Virus record (IMG/VR): IMGVR_UViG_3300005713_000003
Coordinates: 1 to 23,258 of that record
Origin: a virus
DNA length: 23,258 nucleotides
Reading direction: 5' to 3' (one strand)
The notes below the pieces were generated by a model that had not been told where the DNA came from, searched no databases, and saw only the letters and a program-made list of their open reading frames with translations. Shown here one piece after another: positions 14,438-22,320 of the stretch (position 1 is the first letter of the stretch; each line of letters starts with the position of its first letter). Made by a program: the position numbers and the translations under genes.

Positions 14438-14685
14438 TGCGCCACGGTAGCGCGTCCAACGGCAGCCAGCCCAGCTGAGCGGGCGATCCCCTTGACGGCG
14501 AGCGAGCCCCCGGGCGGGGCGACGGGCGCTCAGTGGAAAAGCTCGGCCCGGGGGTCGCAGTGGTGAACGCCTCGGCAGATGGGAGGGAGTCCGTCCGCGG
14601 ACTCGAGGGTCAGCGAGCGCGAAGCGATCGCCCCACCCCTGACGGAACCGCCGTTGCCCACCTGGCCAATGGGCTGAGAGGGTTG

Positions 14686-16167
14686 ATGGGTCGGAATCAG
14701 GACACCTGTCGGCTCCGGCGCGTCACTCCCACGGTGCAGCTGGTGGAGTACGCGGGCAAAGATGGCTCGCGCCTCAGCGTTCAGGGGGTGCACACGTGCA
14801 AGTCTCCACTTTGCCCGTTTTGCACGCGTAAGTGGCAGCGGGAGCGCTCAGGCGAGATCAAGCAAGCGATCGACAACTGGGAGGCGAAGGATCGGAAAGT
14901 GCTCTTCGGAACCTTCACGTTCCGCCACCACCACGGCATGAAGCTGGCGCTCATGCATCGCTTGGGGCGCGATGCCTTCGGGCACCTGTTCAGCGGGCGA
15001 GACGGTCAGGACTTCGCCGCGATGCTGGGGGGCAAGCCTGAGACGGTGCGCGCGCACGATCGCACGTGGAGTCTGGAGCATGGCTGGCACCCGCACATTC
15101 ACGCGCTGATTTTTCTTCGGCAGGTGAGTTACACCGAAGCCGAGCTCGAACAGTTTTTCTATGATCGCTGGTGCGCATCGCTCGAAACGTCGCTGATGCG
15201 TTTCAAGCGCTTCGCCGATCGTGTGCTCGCCGGCGAGCCGTGCAAGCATCCGAGCGAGTGCCCCTGTTGCTTCTATGGGCCGTTGCCGCTGAGTGTGCCG
15301 CGGGAGCGGGATTGTCCGTCTTTGGTGGAGCGTGCGCGTCGCGTCTTCGGTGCCAAGTTGTTGCCGCGCCGCGAGCCGTTGCGCGATTCGATGCAACGTA
15401 TCTCAGGGTTGCTCGATGCCTTCACGGTGGCGGGCATCATGCCGGAGCGCTGGAAGGTCAACTCGGAAGGCGAGCGCGTCGGGCTCGGTGTGCAAGTCGA
15501 ATGGGCGCGCAGCGCTGACCGGGCCTCGACGTATCTCTCGAAGCTGGGGCTCGAGCTGACGAACAACGATAAGCTCGGTCGCGTTGGGAGCGATGGCATC
15601 GCGCGCTATGGTTTGTGGGAAGTGGCGCGGCTCGCGACGCGCCACCACCACCCGCTTCGAACGCCGGCGCGTCGTGCATGGTCTGAGCTTTTCCGGGCGA
15701 GCTTCGGGACTCAGACGATCACGTTTTCATCGCGCGAAGAATTGGGGCTCGATCCCGATCGCTACGCGGAAGGCGAAGAGCCTGAAGAGCAGGATCCGAG
15801 CGAGACTTCGAGGTTGCTCGGGTCGATTATCGATCGCGACTGGGATACGTTGGTGAAGGTGCAGCGGCAGGGATTGCACGTGACGCTCGAAGCCGCGTGG
15901 AGCGCTGGGGTGTTGGGCGAGCTTCCCTATGTGGTGGCGCCCACCTGGTTTCAAGGGCTCCCCTCGACACATGATCCGCCGGCGCGAGCTCAGCCACCAC
16001 CGGAATGGTGGGAGCGCAACCGGGCAGAATTGGCAGCCGAGCAACGCGGAAAGGACTTGGCCGCTAGAGTTGCGCGCGCGGTGCACGCTCGGGACGAGGA
16101 TCGGAGCCTGTTCGTCGAGGAGTTGCGGTACAGGCTCGCGGTGGAATTGGGTGAGATCAAGCAATGA
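14686..16167 (+). CDS. rep: Rolling-circle replication initiator, Rep_1 (pC194/pUB110) HUH superfamily (493 aa from ATG 14686; ORF open from GTG 14533)
   Basis: CKSPLCPFCTRKW matches the conserved CKSRLCPMCNWRR-type N-terminal motif. FGTFTFRH corresponds to motif 1 (FLTLT-like). HPHIHALIF is the HUH motif. STYLSKLGLE is a Y-x2-K catalytic-Tyr motif candidate. The ATG at 14686 has the SD GAGAGGG. The C-terminal ~200 aa are unassigned. Confidence 0.9.
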   Translation: MGRNQDTCRLRRVTPTVQLVEYAGKDGSRLSVQGVHTCKSPLCPFCTRKWQRERSGEIKQAIDNWEAKDRKVLFGTFTFRHHHGMKLALMHRLGRDAFGHLFSGRDGQDFAAMLGGKPETVRAHDRTWSLEHGWHPHIHALIFLRQVSYTEAELEQFFYDRWCASLETSLMRFKRFADRVLAGEPCKHPSECPCCFYGPLPLSVPRERDCPSLVERARRVFGAKLLPRREPLRDSMQRISGLLDAFTVAGIMPERWKVNSEGERVGLGVQVEWARSADRASTYLSKLGLELTNNDKLGRVGSDGIARYGLWEVARLATRHHHPLRTPARRAWSELFRASFGTQTITFSSREELGLDPDRYAEGEEPEEQDPSETSRLLGSIIDRDWDTLVKVQRQGLHVTLEAAWSAGVLGELPYVVAPTWFQGLPSTHDPPARAQPPPEWWERNRAELAAEQRGKDLAARVARAVHARDEDRSLFVEELRYRLAVELGEIKQ

Positions 16168-16301
16168 CGGAATTTATGCTGGCGCACCCGATACTCAGCC
16201 TGATCGGCTGGTGTTGGGCATGGTTTTGCTTTTGGATGGGGTTGGCCGCCGCTGGTGAGATAGCTGAAAGAAAAGAGATTGACAATGAACGGACCGAATA
16301 A
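16164..16301 (+). CDS. Possible 45-aa single-TM micro-protein coupled to rep (below the ORF-track size cut-off)
   Basis: ATGA overlap with the rep stop (16164..16167). The sequence is MTEFMLAHPILSLIGWCWAWFCFWMGLAAAGEIAERKEIDNERTE. Its 3' end overlaps the next gene by 17 nt. Confidence 0.35.
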   Translation: MTEFMLAHPILSLIGWCWAWFCFWMGLAAAGEIAERKEIDNERTE

Positions 16302-16572
16302 AAACGGGTACTGGCATGGGTCTGCACCCACGAAGCTCGAAGACGGGCACCGGGTGATCACCAAAGAAATCGACGCGAAGCGCACGGGGGTATGGCTCGG
16401 TGAAGGCCCGGCGGGCTTCGCGTTGCTCGCTGGCGCGCCGGCTGAGAAGATACAGACGGTGCCTGGTGGGGTGATGATCGCGTTCAGCTTCACGCCCATG
16501 CAACTTCGCTACCTTCGCGGTGTGATCAACGGTCTTCTGGAGCCGTACGACAATGCGGCGGTGAAGGGATGA
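16285..16572 (+). CDS. Hypothetical protein (95 aa)
   Basis: ATG at 16285 within track ORF 16279..16572. The stop overlaps the next start (ATGA at 16569). Confidence 0.65.
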   Translation: MNGPNKNGYWHGSAPTKLEDGHRVITKEIDAKRTGVWLGEGPAGFALLAGAPAEKIQTVPGGVMIAFSFTPMQLRYLRGVINGLLEPYDNAAVKG

Positions 16573-16841
16573 ACGATCGGGCAAAGCTGGGGGCTTCGAG
16601 AGTTGCTGAAGTGCAACGGTTGTCGAATCGCGTTGGCCTTGCTCAGCTCATTCTGAAAGCGAAGGTTGATGGCGGTGGCGTCGTGCGCTTGCCGTCACCG
16701 GTGGCGCTCGAAACGCTCAACTCGGTGTTGTCGTTCATGGGTGACGCGCCGATCGAGGGGCCATCGGACATGATGCTGGAAACGGTTGTCGTGGTGCGGG
16801 CGGCGCTGGGCTTTGCGGTGGTGAAGGGTGACCCGTCGTGA
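16569..16841 (+). CDS. Hypothetical protein (90 aa) ending in VVKGDPS
   Basis: Coupled at both ends (ATGA at 16569, GTGA at 16838). Its last 25 nt form copy 1 of a perfect direct repeat. Confidence 0.65.
   Translation: MNDRAKLGASRVAEVQRLSNRVGLAQLILKAKVDGGGVVRLPSPVALETLNSVLSFMGDAPIEGPSDMMLETVVVVRAALGFAVVKGDPS
16817..16841 (+). repeat. 25-bp perfect direct repeat, copy 1 (ggtggtgaagggtgacccgtcgtga)
   Basis: Identical to 17059..17083. It covers the gene end (VVKGDPS, stop), an SD-like GAAGGG and the GTGA overlap start of the next gene. Confidence 0.95.
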
Positions 16842-17083
16842 TGAAAAACAGATCGCTTTGGTTCGCTAAGGAAGGTGTTTCGGGTTGCTTTAGCCGGTGC
16901 GGCAAATGCGCTAAGGAGATGAAGGACGATGGGATTCACGTCCGCGTCGGTAATGAGGTGTTGGCCATTGTTTGTGGCGAATGCTTTCAGGCTGTCAGTC
17001 AGAGTATCTCTGAGGCATACCCTCACTCGATCGTTGATTGCGACGAAAGGGGGCGTCTGGTGGTGAAGGGTGACCCGTCGTGA
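16838..17083 (+). CDS. Small zinc-ribbon protein (81 aa) with visibly lower GC than its neighbours; also ends in VVKGDPS
   Basis: It has CFSRCGKC ... CGEC (Cx3Cx2C...Cx2C). Many codons end in A or T, unlike flanking genes. The gene is exactly bracketed by the 25-bp direct repeats. Confidence 0.65.
   Translation: MMKNRSLWFAKEGVSGCFSRCGKCAKEMKDDGIHVRVGNEVLAIVCGECFQAVSQSISEAYPHSIVDCDERGRLVVKGDPS
17059..17083 (+). repeat. 25-bp perfect direct repeat, copy 2
   Basis: Identical to 16817..16841; spacing is 242 bp. Confidence 0.95.
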
Positions 17084-17349
17084 GTGGGTATCTGGAGGAC
17101 CTAGCGCCTCACCTCGATGGCAAAGACGTTGCTCTCTTGCTGGCCTTTCTGGAGCAAATGGAAAGGGAAATGCAGGAAGACGCGCTCAGGCGCTACAGCT
17201 TCACTCGCGACGCCGAAGGGTACACGCTGCGCGTCACGTTTCTCGAAGGCGGCCTGATCGTTGGCCGTGGTGTGACGATCAGCGAGGCTGTCAAGTCGCT
17301 ATCGAGCGAGCTGATCAGGGAGGGATTGAAGGGGGCTGGCCGTGGCTGA
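17080..17349 (+). CDS. Hypothetical protein (89 aa) with a weak HicB/UPF0150-like pattern
   Basis: GTG start in a GTGA overlap. YSFTRDAEGYTLRVTFLEGGLIVGRGVTISEAVKSLSSELIRE loosely fits the HicB-type N-terminal domain pattern. No HicA-like partner was seen. Confidence 0.6.
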   Translation: MSGYLEDLAPHLDGKDVALLLAFLEQMEREMQEDALRRYSFTRDAEGYTLRVTFLEGGLIVGRGVTISEAVKSLSSELIREGLKGAGRG

Positions 17350-17719
17350 TCGGTACCTGCCGCCTGAGAGAATGACCTTTTCGTATGGTGACGATGGGAA
17401 GCCGGTGCTCAATGAGCGGCGGCCCGCGTGGGTGTGTTTCGCGTGCGGGCATGAATCCTTTGACCTTGCTGCGCACGACTTCCCTTGCCCCGATTGCTCT
17501 CGTGCGCCGGGCTGGACGACTCGCCCCCGGGAGGCGCGGCGTGCTGTTCGTTTGCACCGGCTTCGTGTCGCGGGTCGGCTGACACCCGCCGAGTGCGCCG
17601 CGCTCATGCGCAAGGTGACTACAGTGTGGGCCTTCCCTCGCTCTACAGGTGACGGCAACGCTGCCGTTCAGGTGGAGCATGGGGCAACCGAAGCGATCGA
17701 ATCAGCCGAAGACGGGTAG
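17342..17719 (+). CDS. Zinc-ribbon protein (125 aa)
   Basis: GTG start overlapping the previous gene by 8 nt. It contains CFACGHESFDLAAHDFPCPDC (CxxC...CxxC). Confidence 0.6.
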   Translation: MADRYLPPERMTFSYGDDGKPVLNERRPAWVCFACGHESFDLAAHDFPCPDCSRAPGWTTRPREARRAVRLHRLRVAGRLTPAECAALMRKVTTVWAFPRSTGDGNAAVQVEHGATEAIESAEDG

Positions 17720-17864
17720 CTTGCGCGAGTCGTTGCGCTCGCTGGACGCGACGCGGGCCCGATTGTTTCCGGTGGCGGCGCTGCAACAGTGGCGCGTGGA
17801 TAACGCTCGCCTGTATGTGCGCGGTGCAGCGCCGCCGGCGGCGCGTAGCGCTGGACGTCGCTGA
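17679..17864 (+). CDS. Possible small basic protein (61 aa)
   Basis: A good SD (GGTGGAG) lies 3-4 nt before the ATG at 17679. Third-position GC is about 74%. It overlaps the 3' end of the previous gene by 41 nt. Confidence 0.35.
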   Translation: MGQPKRSNQPKTGSLRESLRSLDATRARLFPVAALQQWRVDNARLYVRGAAPPAARSAGRR

Positions 17865-17876
17865 CCCTGGAGTGGC

Positions 17877-18440
17877 ATGCTCCGCCCCGGCATGGGGCGA
17901 CGTTCTCATTTGCGGCTGGTGAGTGCTCCACCACGGCCGGCCACCGAAGCTGAGCTCGACGTCATTCGCAACGGGCCGCCGGCGGCGCTGCGCGTGAGTG
18001 CATGCGCTGGTGCGATCGAGCACTTGCAAGCGGAGTGGGATCAGCGAAAGCGCCCGGAAGACGAAAACTGGCGACTTCCCGAGCCTGAGCCTGAGAACCG
18101 CCTAGCGACGCGCGCAGCGGTGCGCGGCGCTTTGCTTTGGGGCATCAAACAGCATCGTCTGATGAACCATGGGACCGAGCGGCCTCAGCCGATCGACGAC
18201 TGGCGACGTCCAATGCCGCCCTGGGAGCGTGTGAATTTGTATGTGCTGGGGGCAACGTTTTGGACTGAAAGCCTCGATGCGTTGGTGCGTGGTCAGGCGG
18301 ACCGGGCAACGAAAGGCATTCTGATTGCAGTGGCGGCAGGGACTCTATCGCTGAACGAAGCGCTGAGTCAGTTGCGCGACGTGCGGGGGTGGTTAGAAAA
18401 GCTGGGGCACCTTCGTGCCCTGAAAGGTGATCACGAGTGA
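17877..18440 (+). CDS. Hypothetical protein (187 aa)
   Basis: The ATG is preceded by GGAGTGG. The stop overlaps the next start (GTGA at 18437). No motif was recognised. Confidence 0.7.
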   Translation: MLRPGMGRRSHLRLVSAPPRPATEAELDVIRNGPPAALRVSACAGAIEHLQAEWDQRKRPEDENWRLPEPEPENRLATRAAVRGALLWGIKQHRLMNHGTERPQPIDDWRRPMPPWERVNLYVLGATFWTESLDALVRGQADRATKGILIAVAAGTLSLNEALSQLRDVRGWLEKLGHLRALKGDHE

Positions 18441-18799
18441 GCGAGCCAGAAACGACGCCGATCAACGAAGCTGCGAGCGAGCCCGAAGAGCCGAAGACCG
18501 CGCCGAAGAGCGAGGCTCAGCTGAAGCGCGATGGGCTGGGAACGCTGATCATGATGCTGTTGCCGATGGTGCTGAAACAACTCTATCCGGACCCGGATCC
18601 ATTGGATGAGCCTGATGAAAAGGACGATGAAGCGGAGCGGGAGCCGATCGAAGAGTGGTCGGTCACGATGGCAGTGGTAGGCGACGGCGGCGTTGCAGAC
18701 ATTCCGCGGCCCAACGGTGATGGGTGGCTGGCGTACGGTCATCGGGTGGAGCCGGGGAGCGTCACCATGCTTTGGCGCCGGGAGCGAGACGCGAAGTGA
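18437..18799 (+). CDS. Acidic protein with a central TM segment (120 aa)
   Basis: GTGA overlaps at both ends. It has a TM segment (LGTLIMMLLPMVL) and an Asp/Glu/Pro-rich linker. Confidence 0.65.
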   Translation: MSEPETTPINEAASEPEEPKTAPKSEAQLKRDGLGTLIMMLLPMVLKQLYPDPDPLDEPDEKDDEAEREPIEEWSVTMAVVGDGGVADIPRPNGDGWLAYGHRVEPGSVTMLWRRERDAK

Positions 18800-19101
18800 C
18801 CCGGGCGGCCCGGCGCGCAAAGAGGCGCATCGCGATCGACGCGCGCAAGCTCGAAGCGAAGCGGCGCCTCGCTGGCGAAGCCGCCGGGCCACCGCCGGCG
18901 CCGGACCGGACGGCGCCGGGGCACCGGGTGCGGCCGACGCGCGCCCCCGGGCGACGCAAGGCGCCGGTCTGGGCAACCCTATCGGCCCTGTTGGCGGTCG
19001 ACACGCTGGTGACGTTGCAGCCGCGGGCCTTCGAGCAACGCATCGCGCTGGCGCGCGAGCTCAGGCGCGAGCGGGAGCGGCTCAGGGCGCGTCGTGGCTA
19101 A
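18796..19101 (+). CDS. Arg-rich basic protein (101 aa)
   Basis: GTG at 18796 in a GTGA overlap, a sub-ORF of track ORF 18724..19101. It contains a hydrophobic segment (VWATLSALLAVDTLV). Confidence 0.5.
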   Translation: MTRAARRAKRRIAIDARKLEAKRRLAGEAAGPPPAPDRTAPGHRVRPTRAPGRRKAPVWATLSALLAVDTLVTLQPRAFEQRIALARELRRERERLRARRG

Positions 19102-19375
19102 AAAACCGCCACGCTCGAAGCTCGAGCAACTGATTCGCGATCGTCGGTTGCCGGGCTGGAAGAGCCGGGCGCAAGAGGCGCTCGAAACGGCGGAAGTGAG
19201 AAAAGCCGCGGTGGCTGAAGCCGACGCGGCGAAAAAGGCAGAGAAAGCGCGGTTTCAGCAGTCCGTTGACGAAAACGTGGCGCGCGCGAATGCCTGGGGA
19301 GCTGAGCAGATTGCCAACGGCCTGAGGGAGCGGCATGAGGCATTTTTGCGTCGCAAGGGGGGTGATACAGGTTGA
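19094..19375 (+). CDS. Helical charged protein (93 aa)
   Basis: GTG start overlapping the previous stop by 8 nt. The sequence is Lys/Glu/Ala-rich and helical. Confidence 0.6.
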   Translation: MAKKPPRSKLEQLIRDRRLPGWKSRAQEALETAEVRKAAVAEADAAKKAEKARFQQSVDENVARANAWGAEQIANGLRERHEAFLRRKGGDTG

Positions 19376-19414
19376 CGCTTATTTAAGTGGCAGGGATGCT
19401 ACGATTCATGTTGC

Positions 19415-19774
19415 ATGGATCCGTTGCTGCCATCGCCCGAAGGTTTGGAACGCTGGTTGACCGCGCAAAACGTCGCGATCGTGGTCCTGGTGTTGTGGGT
19501 GCTGTCGTTGCACCGGCTTTTGTCCCGCTCGATGAAGAGGAGCGAGACCTTATCCGATCAGTTGACCCTAAGCACAGAACGCGCATGGCACGCGCGCTGG
19601 AAGGACGCCGAAGACTTCGGACTCAGGCTCGACTCCTCTCAGCGCAACACGCTCGAAGCCTTCGTGTCTGCTGCGACGCGGCGAGCACGGCCGGCGAGCT
19701 CTACTCTGCATGGTGCGACGCGGCCAGCGCCACCACCGCCACCGCCTCAGCCGAAGCCGAAGCCGACAACGTGA
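19415..19774 (+). CDS. Single-pass membrane protein (119 aa) with a Pro-rich C-terminus
   Basis: Third-position GC favours this frame over track ORF 19387..19962 for the first ~90 codons. It has a TM segment (VAIVVLVLWVLSL). No SD is present. An AT-rich patch with TTGACG (19372..19377) lies upstream. Confidence 0.55.
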   Translation: MDPLLPSPEGLERWLTAQNVAIVVLVLWVLSLHRLLSRSMKRSETLSDQLTLSTERAWHARWKDAEDFGLRLDSSQRNTLEAFVSAATRRARPASSTLHGATRPAPPPPPPQPKPKPTT

Positions 19775-19962
19775 TGGCTCAGTTCGTCGAGCTCGCGGAC
19801 GAGACGGATTTCGAGGTGGCAACCAGCGACTTCGTGGAAGACGCGGCGCCCAATTCGGATCGGCCGCCGGCGTTGCCGCATGCGGGCGAGTCGGGCCTTC
19901 GCTACGTGCCTGATCTGCAACTGGAGTACTCCCTAGGCAACCCCTGGACGTCGAAAGGCTGA
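19771..19962 (+). CDS. Small acidic protein (63 aa) immediately upstream of the spike gene
   Basis: GTGA overlap with the previous stop (19771..19774). Third-position GC in this frame is high from about 19690 onward. Confidence 0.45.
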   Translation: MMAQFVELADETDFEVATSDFVEDAAPNSDRPPALPHAGESGLRYVPDLQLEYSLGNPWTSKG

Positions 19963-19972
19963 AAGCAACCCA

Positions 19973-22174
19973 ATGGCTATTGATGTTCTGACTACGCGCC
20001 GCTCTCCCAGCGGCAAGATCGACCCGCTCGCGGACGTTGCGTGGCGTTCGCGCGGTGACGGCGCAACGGTTCGAAGCTTGTATACTCGCGATCAGGATCT
20101 GATCTGGGTGACGGACTTCATGTCGTTGGAAGAGCAGATCGATGCCTATGCGGGGAGTCTGCTGTATGACGCTTCGCCAGCGAATCAGAACGCGATCGAT
20201 TATGCCGTCTACAAAGACGAGCTCGCGGACTCGGGAGGTGGCCCGCGAGTGCGCATGCCCGGCGCGCTGATGCGCATCGATCGGACGATTCAGGTGGGCT
20301 ATGGGATCGACTTCCGAGCGGTCGTCTTCGAGGGCGAAGGGATGCGATCGGGCGGGACGAATCACAAGCAAGCGAGCGGGACGTGTCTCTTCCAGACGTT
20401 CAACGACGCGCCGGGCATCAACGTCCAGGGCGGTCGCAACGTGGTGGTGAGAGGCTTCAGCATGCTGGGGCCGAATGGGCTTTGGCTCTTCAACTTGATC
20501 CAGGGCGAGACGATGGGGGTTCTCAACGTTGCCAACTGGATCGATCCCGATTTCCCCGCGAGCGCTTCATCGCGCTACGCGCCGCTCGCTGGCATCGCGA
20601 TCGATGCGTACAGTGGGCCTCAGCCGGTGGTGCACTACCCTGACGTTGACTATCCTGCTTTCCTGGGGCCGGTGGCTCAGTACAACAAAGGGGCTTCGAG
20701 CAACACTCTTATCGAAGACGTGATGATCGACGGTTACTATGTTGCAATCGTGCAACAGCCGGGAGATTACGACGGCAACGGCGACTACACGCATATCAAC
20801 CGGGCGATCGTGCTTCGGTGCGCGTATGCGTTCAGCTGGGGCAACAGCCAGTCGCGCGTGCCGACCGTCGAGAACTGTGCTTTCGACTCGGTGCATACGA
20901 CGTTCTCCACAGCGACCTTCGGAAAGCAGATCGGGCAACCGGGCCTGGCTTGCTACTCGACGGCGTGGAGCCGGTGCGTTCAAATGTTCGACATTCGGAC
21001 GCTCAGCTACGGTCAAGGGCCGTCGTTCTACAATTGCTATGCCGAAGCGATCTATCGCATTGGCACGCTGGGCAATGCCGCTGAGACGGCGGGCTCCGTG
21101 CTCTTCTCCGGGTGCGATCTGGGCTTCAGTTGGTGGGAGACCTATGGCGTGCCTGTCTACATTCTTGACAACCGCTGCACCAGCGTCGTCACCTTTCAGA
21201 GTTGCTTCTTTGGAGGCTTCAGGAACGACACCTGGGGAGGCTTCGCTTTCTTTGGCACGGACGCTGGCGCCGATGGCGAGACGGCTCGCGGCTTCGCTTT
21301 CCGCGAGTGCACCATGTTCCACGTTGCCGGGCCGCCGTCGCAGCGCTGGGCTCAGTGCGCGTACAACGCCACTCAGGGCTTCAGCTTTAACAAGGCAGCG
21401 ACGACGCTGGAATACTACTCGTTTCGAGCGCCCAACGTCTTCAACCTCGACACGGGTGCAAACCTCAGCGTCTCTCTCTTCTCGCACGCCAACATCGCGC
21501 CGCGCAATCGGTGCATGCCATCCTACAGCGAGCGCGTGAAGTGCTCGATTCGTGGTGACGCTGGCTTTCCCGTGTCGTTGCCGGCGCGCTTCATCGAAGC
21601 GAACGGCGCCGGCGGGGTGATCACTCAGGTCGGGCGCAATATCACCTTCACGTTCTCTGGGGTGGATGCCGACTTCCTGAGCTATTCGGGTGGTGGCGTT
21701 GGCGACGTGATTCAGAGTCGAGCCACCGGGGCGACCTTCTGGGTGTACGCGCGCACGGGTGACGTGATCAGCGCTCAGGCTCAGACTGGCTTCGATAAGA
21801 ACGAAAACCTTCTGACCCCGCTGCCCAATGGCGATGTCTTCGATACCATCAATTGCCGGGTCTACTCCCCCAGCGCGAGTGCGGACGTGCTCTATGCCGA
21901 TATGGTGGCAGGCAGCCCAGTGCTGCTGAATGTCGTCAACGGGGAGGGTTTGGCGCCTACCACGATCGGTTCCTACGTGTCGGTGGGAGACTGGTTTTTC
22001 CCATCGTACTACGTGGATTCGATCGTCAACCCGTTCGGTGGCAACGGTAGGATCCAGTCGATCGACAACACCGCGAAGACGATAACGGTGGGCGGCAATT
22101 TCAAGCAAGACTTGCTGCATTGGCGAATGGGTCTGATGATTCGTCCCGAGATGGCAAACGGTACGCCTGCCTGA
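19973..22174 (+). CDS. Right-handed beta-helix (pectate-lyase-fold-like) spike / receptor-binding depolymerase candidate (733 aa)
   Basis: This is the largest ORF. The N-terminal region resembles the Pectate_lyase_3/tailspike start (VTDFMSLEEQIDAYAGSLLYDASPANQNAIDYAV...VRMPGALMRIDRTIQV). It is followed by many ~25-aa segments rich in N/G/S/C with aromatic caps, typical of parallel beta-helix coils. The C-terminal ~200 aa form a separate beta-rich domain. Confidence 0.75.
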   Translation: MAIDVLTTRRSPSGKIDPLADVAWRSRGDGATVRSLYTRDQDLIWVTDFMSLEEQIDAYAGSLLYDASPANQNAIDYAVYKDELADSGGGPRVRMPGALMRIDRTIQVGYGIDFRAVVFEGEGMRSGGTNHKQASGTCLFQTFNDAPGINVQGGRNVVVRGFSMLGPNGLWLFNLIQGETMGVLNVANWIDPDFPASASSRYAPLAGIAIDAYSGPQPVVHYPDVDYPAFLGPVAQYNKGASSNTLIEDVMIDGYYVAIVQQPGDYDGNGDYTHINRAIVLRCAYAFSWGNSQSRVPTVENCAFDSVHTTFSTATFGKQIGQPGLACYSTAWSRCVQMFDIRTLSYGQGPSFYNCYAEAIYRIGTLGNAAETAGSVLFSGCDLGFSWWETYGVPVYILDNRCTSVVTFQSCFFGGFRNDTWGGFAFFGTDAGADGETARGFAFRECTMFHVAGPPSQRWAQCAYNATQGFSFNKAATTLEYYSFRAPNVFNLDTGANLSVSLFSHANIAPRNRCMPSYSERVKCSIRGDAGFPVSLPARFIEANGAGGVITQVGRNITFTFSGVDADFLSYSGGGVGDVIQSRATGATFWVYARTGDVISAQAQTGFDKNENLLTPLPNGDVFDTINCRVYSPSASADVLYADMVAGSPVLLNVVNGEGLAPTTIGSYVSVGDWFFPSYYVDSIVNPFGGNGRIQSIDNTAKTITVGGNFKQDLLHWRMGLMIRPEMANGTPA

Positions 22175-22196
22175 GGCGAGAGAGGCTGATTCAGCG

Positions 22197-22313
22197 ATGC
22201 AATGGTTATCGGAGCACTGGGGAACGATCGTCACGGTGGCGAGCCTGATTCTGAACGCGCTGGGAGGCGCGGGAATCGTCAAGCCGCTTCGGAAGTCGAC
22301 TCCCAGCGAGTGA
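22197..22313 (+). CDS. Possible 38-aa single-TM micro-protein (below the ORF-track cut-off)
   Basis: The sequence is MQWLSEHWGTIVTVASLILNALGGAGIVKPLRKSTPSE. Third-position GC is high. It lies between the spike stop and the bidirectional terminator. The SD (GAGAGAGG) is rather distant. Confidence 0.3.
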   Translation: MQWLSEHWGTIVTVASLILNALGGAGIVKPLRKSTPSE

Positions 22314-22320
22314 AAGGCAG

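Noticed and set aside
13208-14566. 452-aa plus-strand ORF spanning the region upstream of rep
   Set aside because: The minus strand carries two ORFs with high third-position GC, a TAAATG junction and a shared repeated protein module. The + frame looks non-protein-like.
19387-19962. Single 191-aa gene
   Set aside because: The first ~100 codons have poor third-position GC (many GTT/GCT/GGT/CGT codons), whereas the alternative frame 19415..19774 is coding-like there. It was split into two coupled genes.
20491-20502. CAACTTGATCC, resembling the phiX174/pC194-type nick site CAACTTGATA / CTTGATA
   Set aside because: It lies inside the spike coding region, lacks the terminal A and flanking hairpin, and is a short motif that could occur by chance. 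It is not accepted as the origin.
20567-22282. 571-aa minus-strand ORF
   Set aside because: It is antisense to the 733-aa beta-helix gene, has Arg/His-rich junk-like composition, and no start context. It is a shadow ORF.
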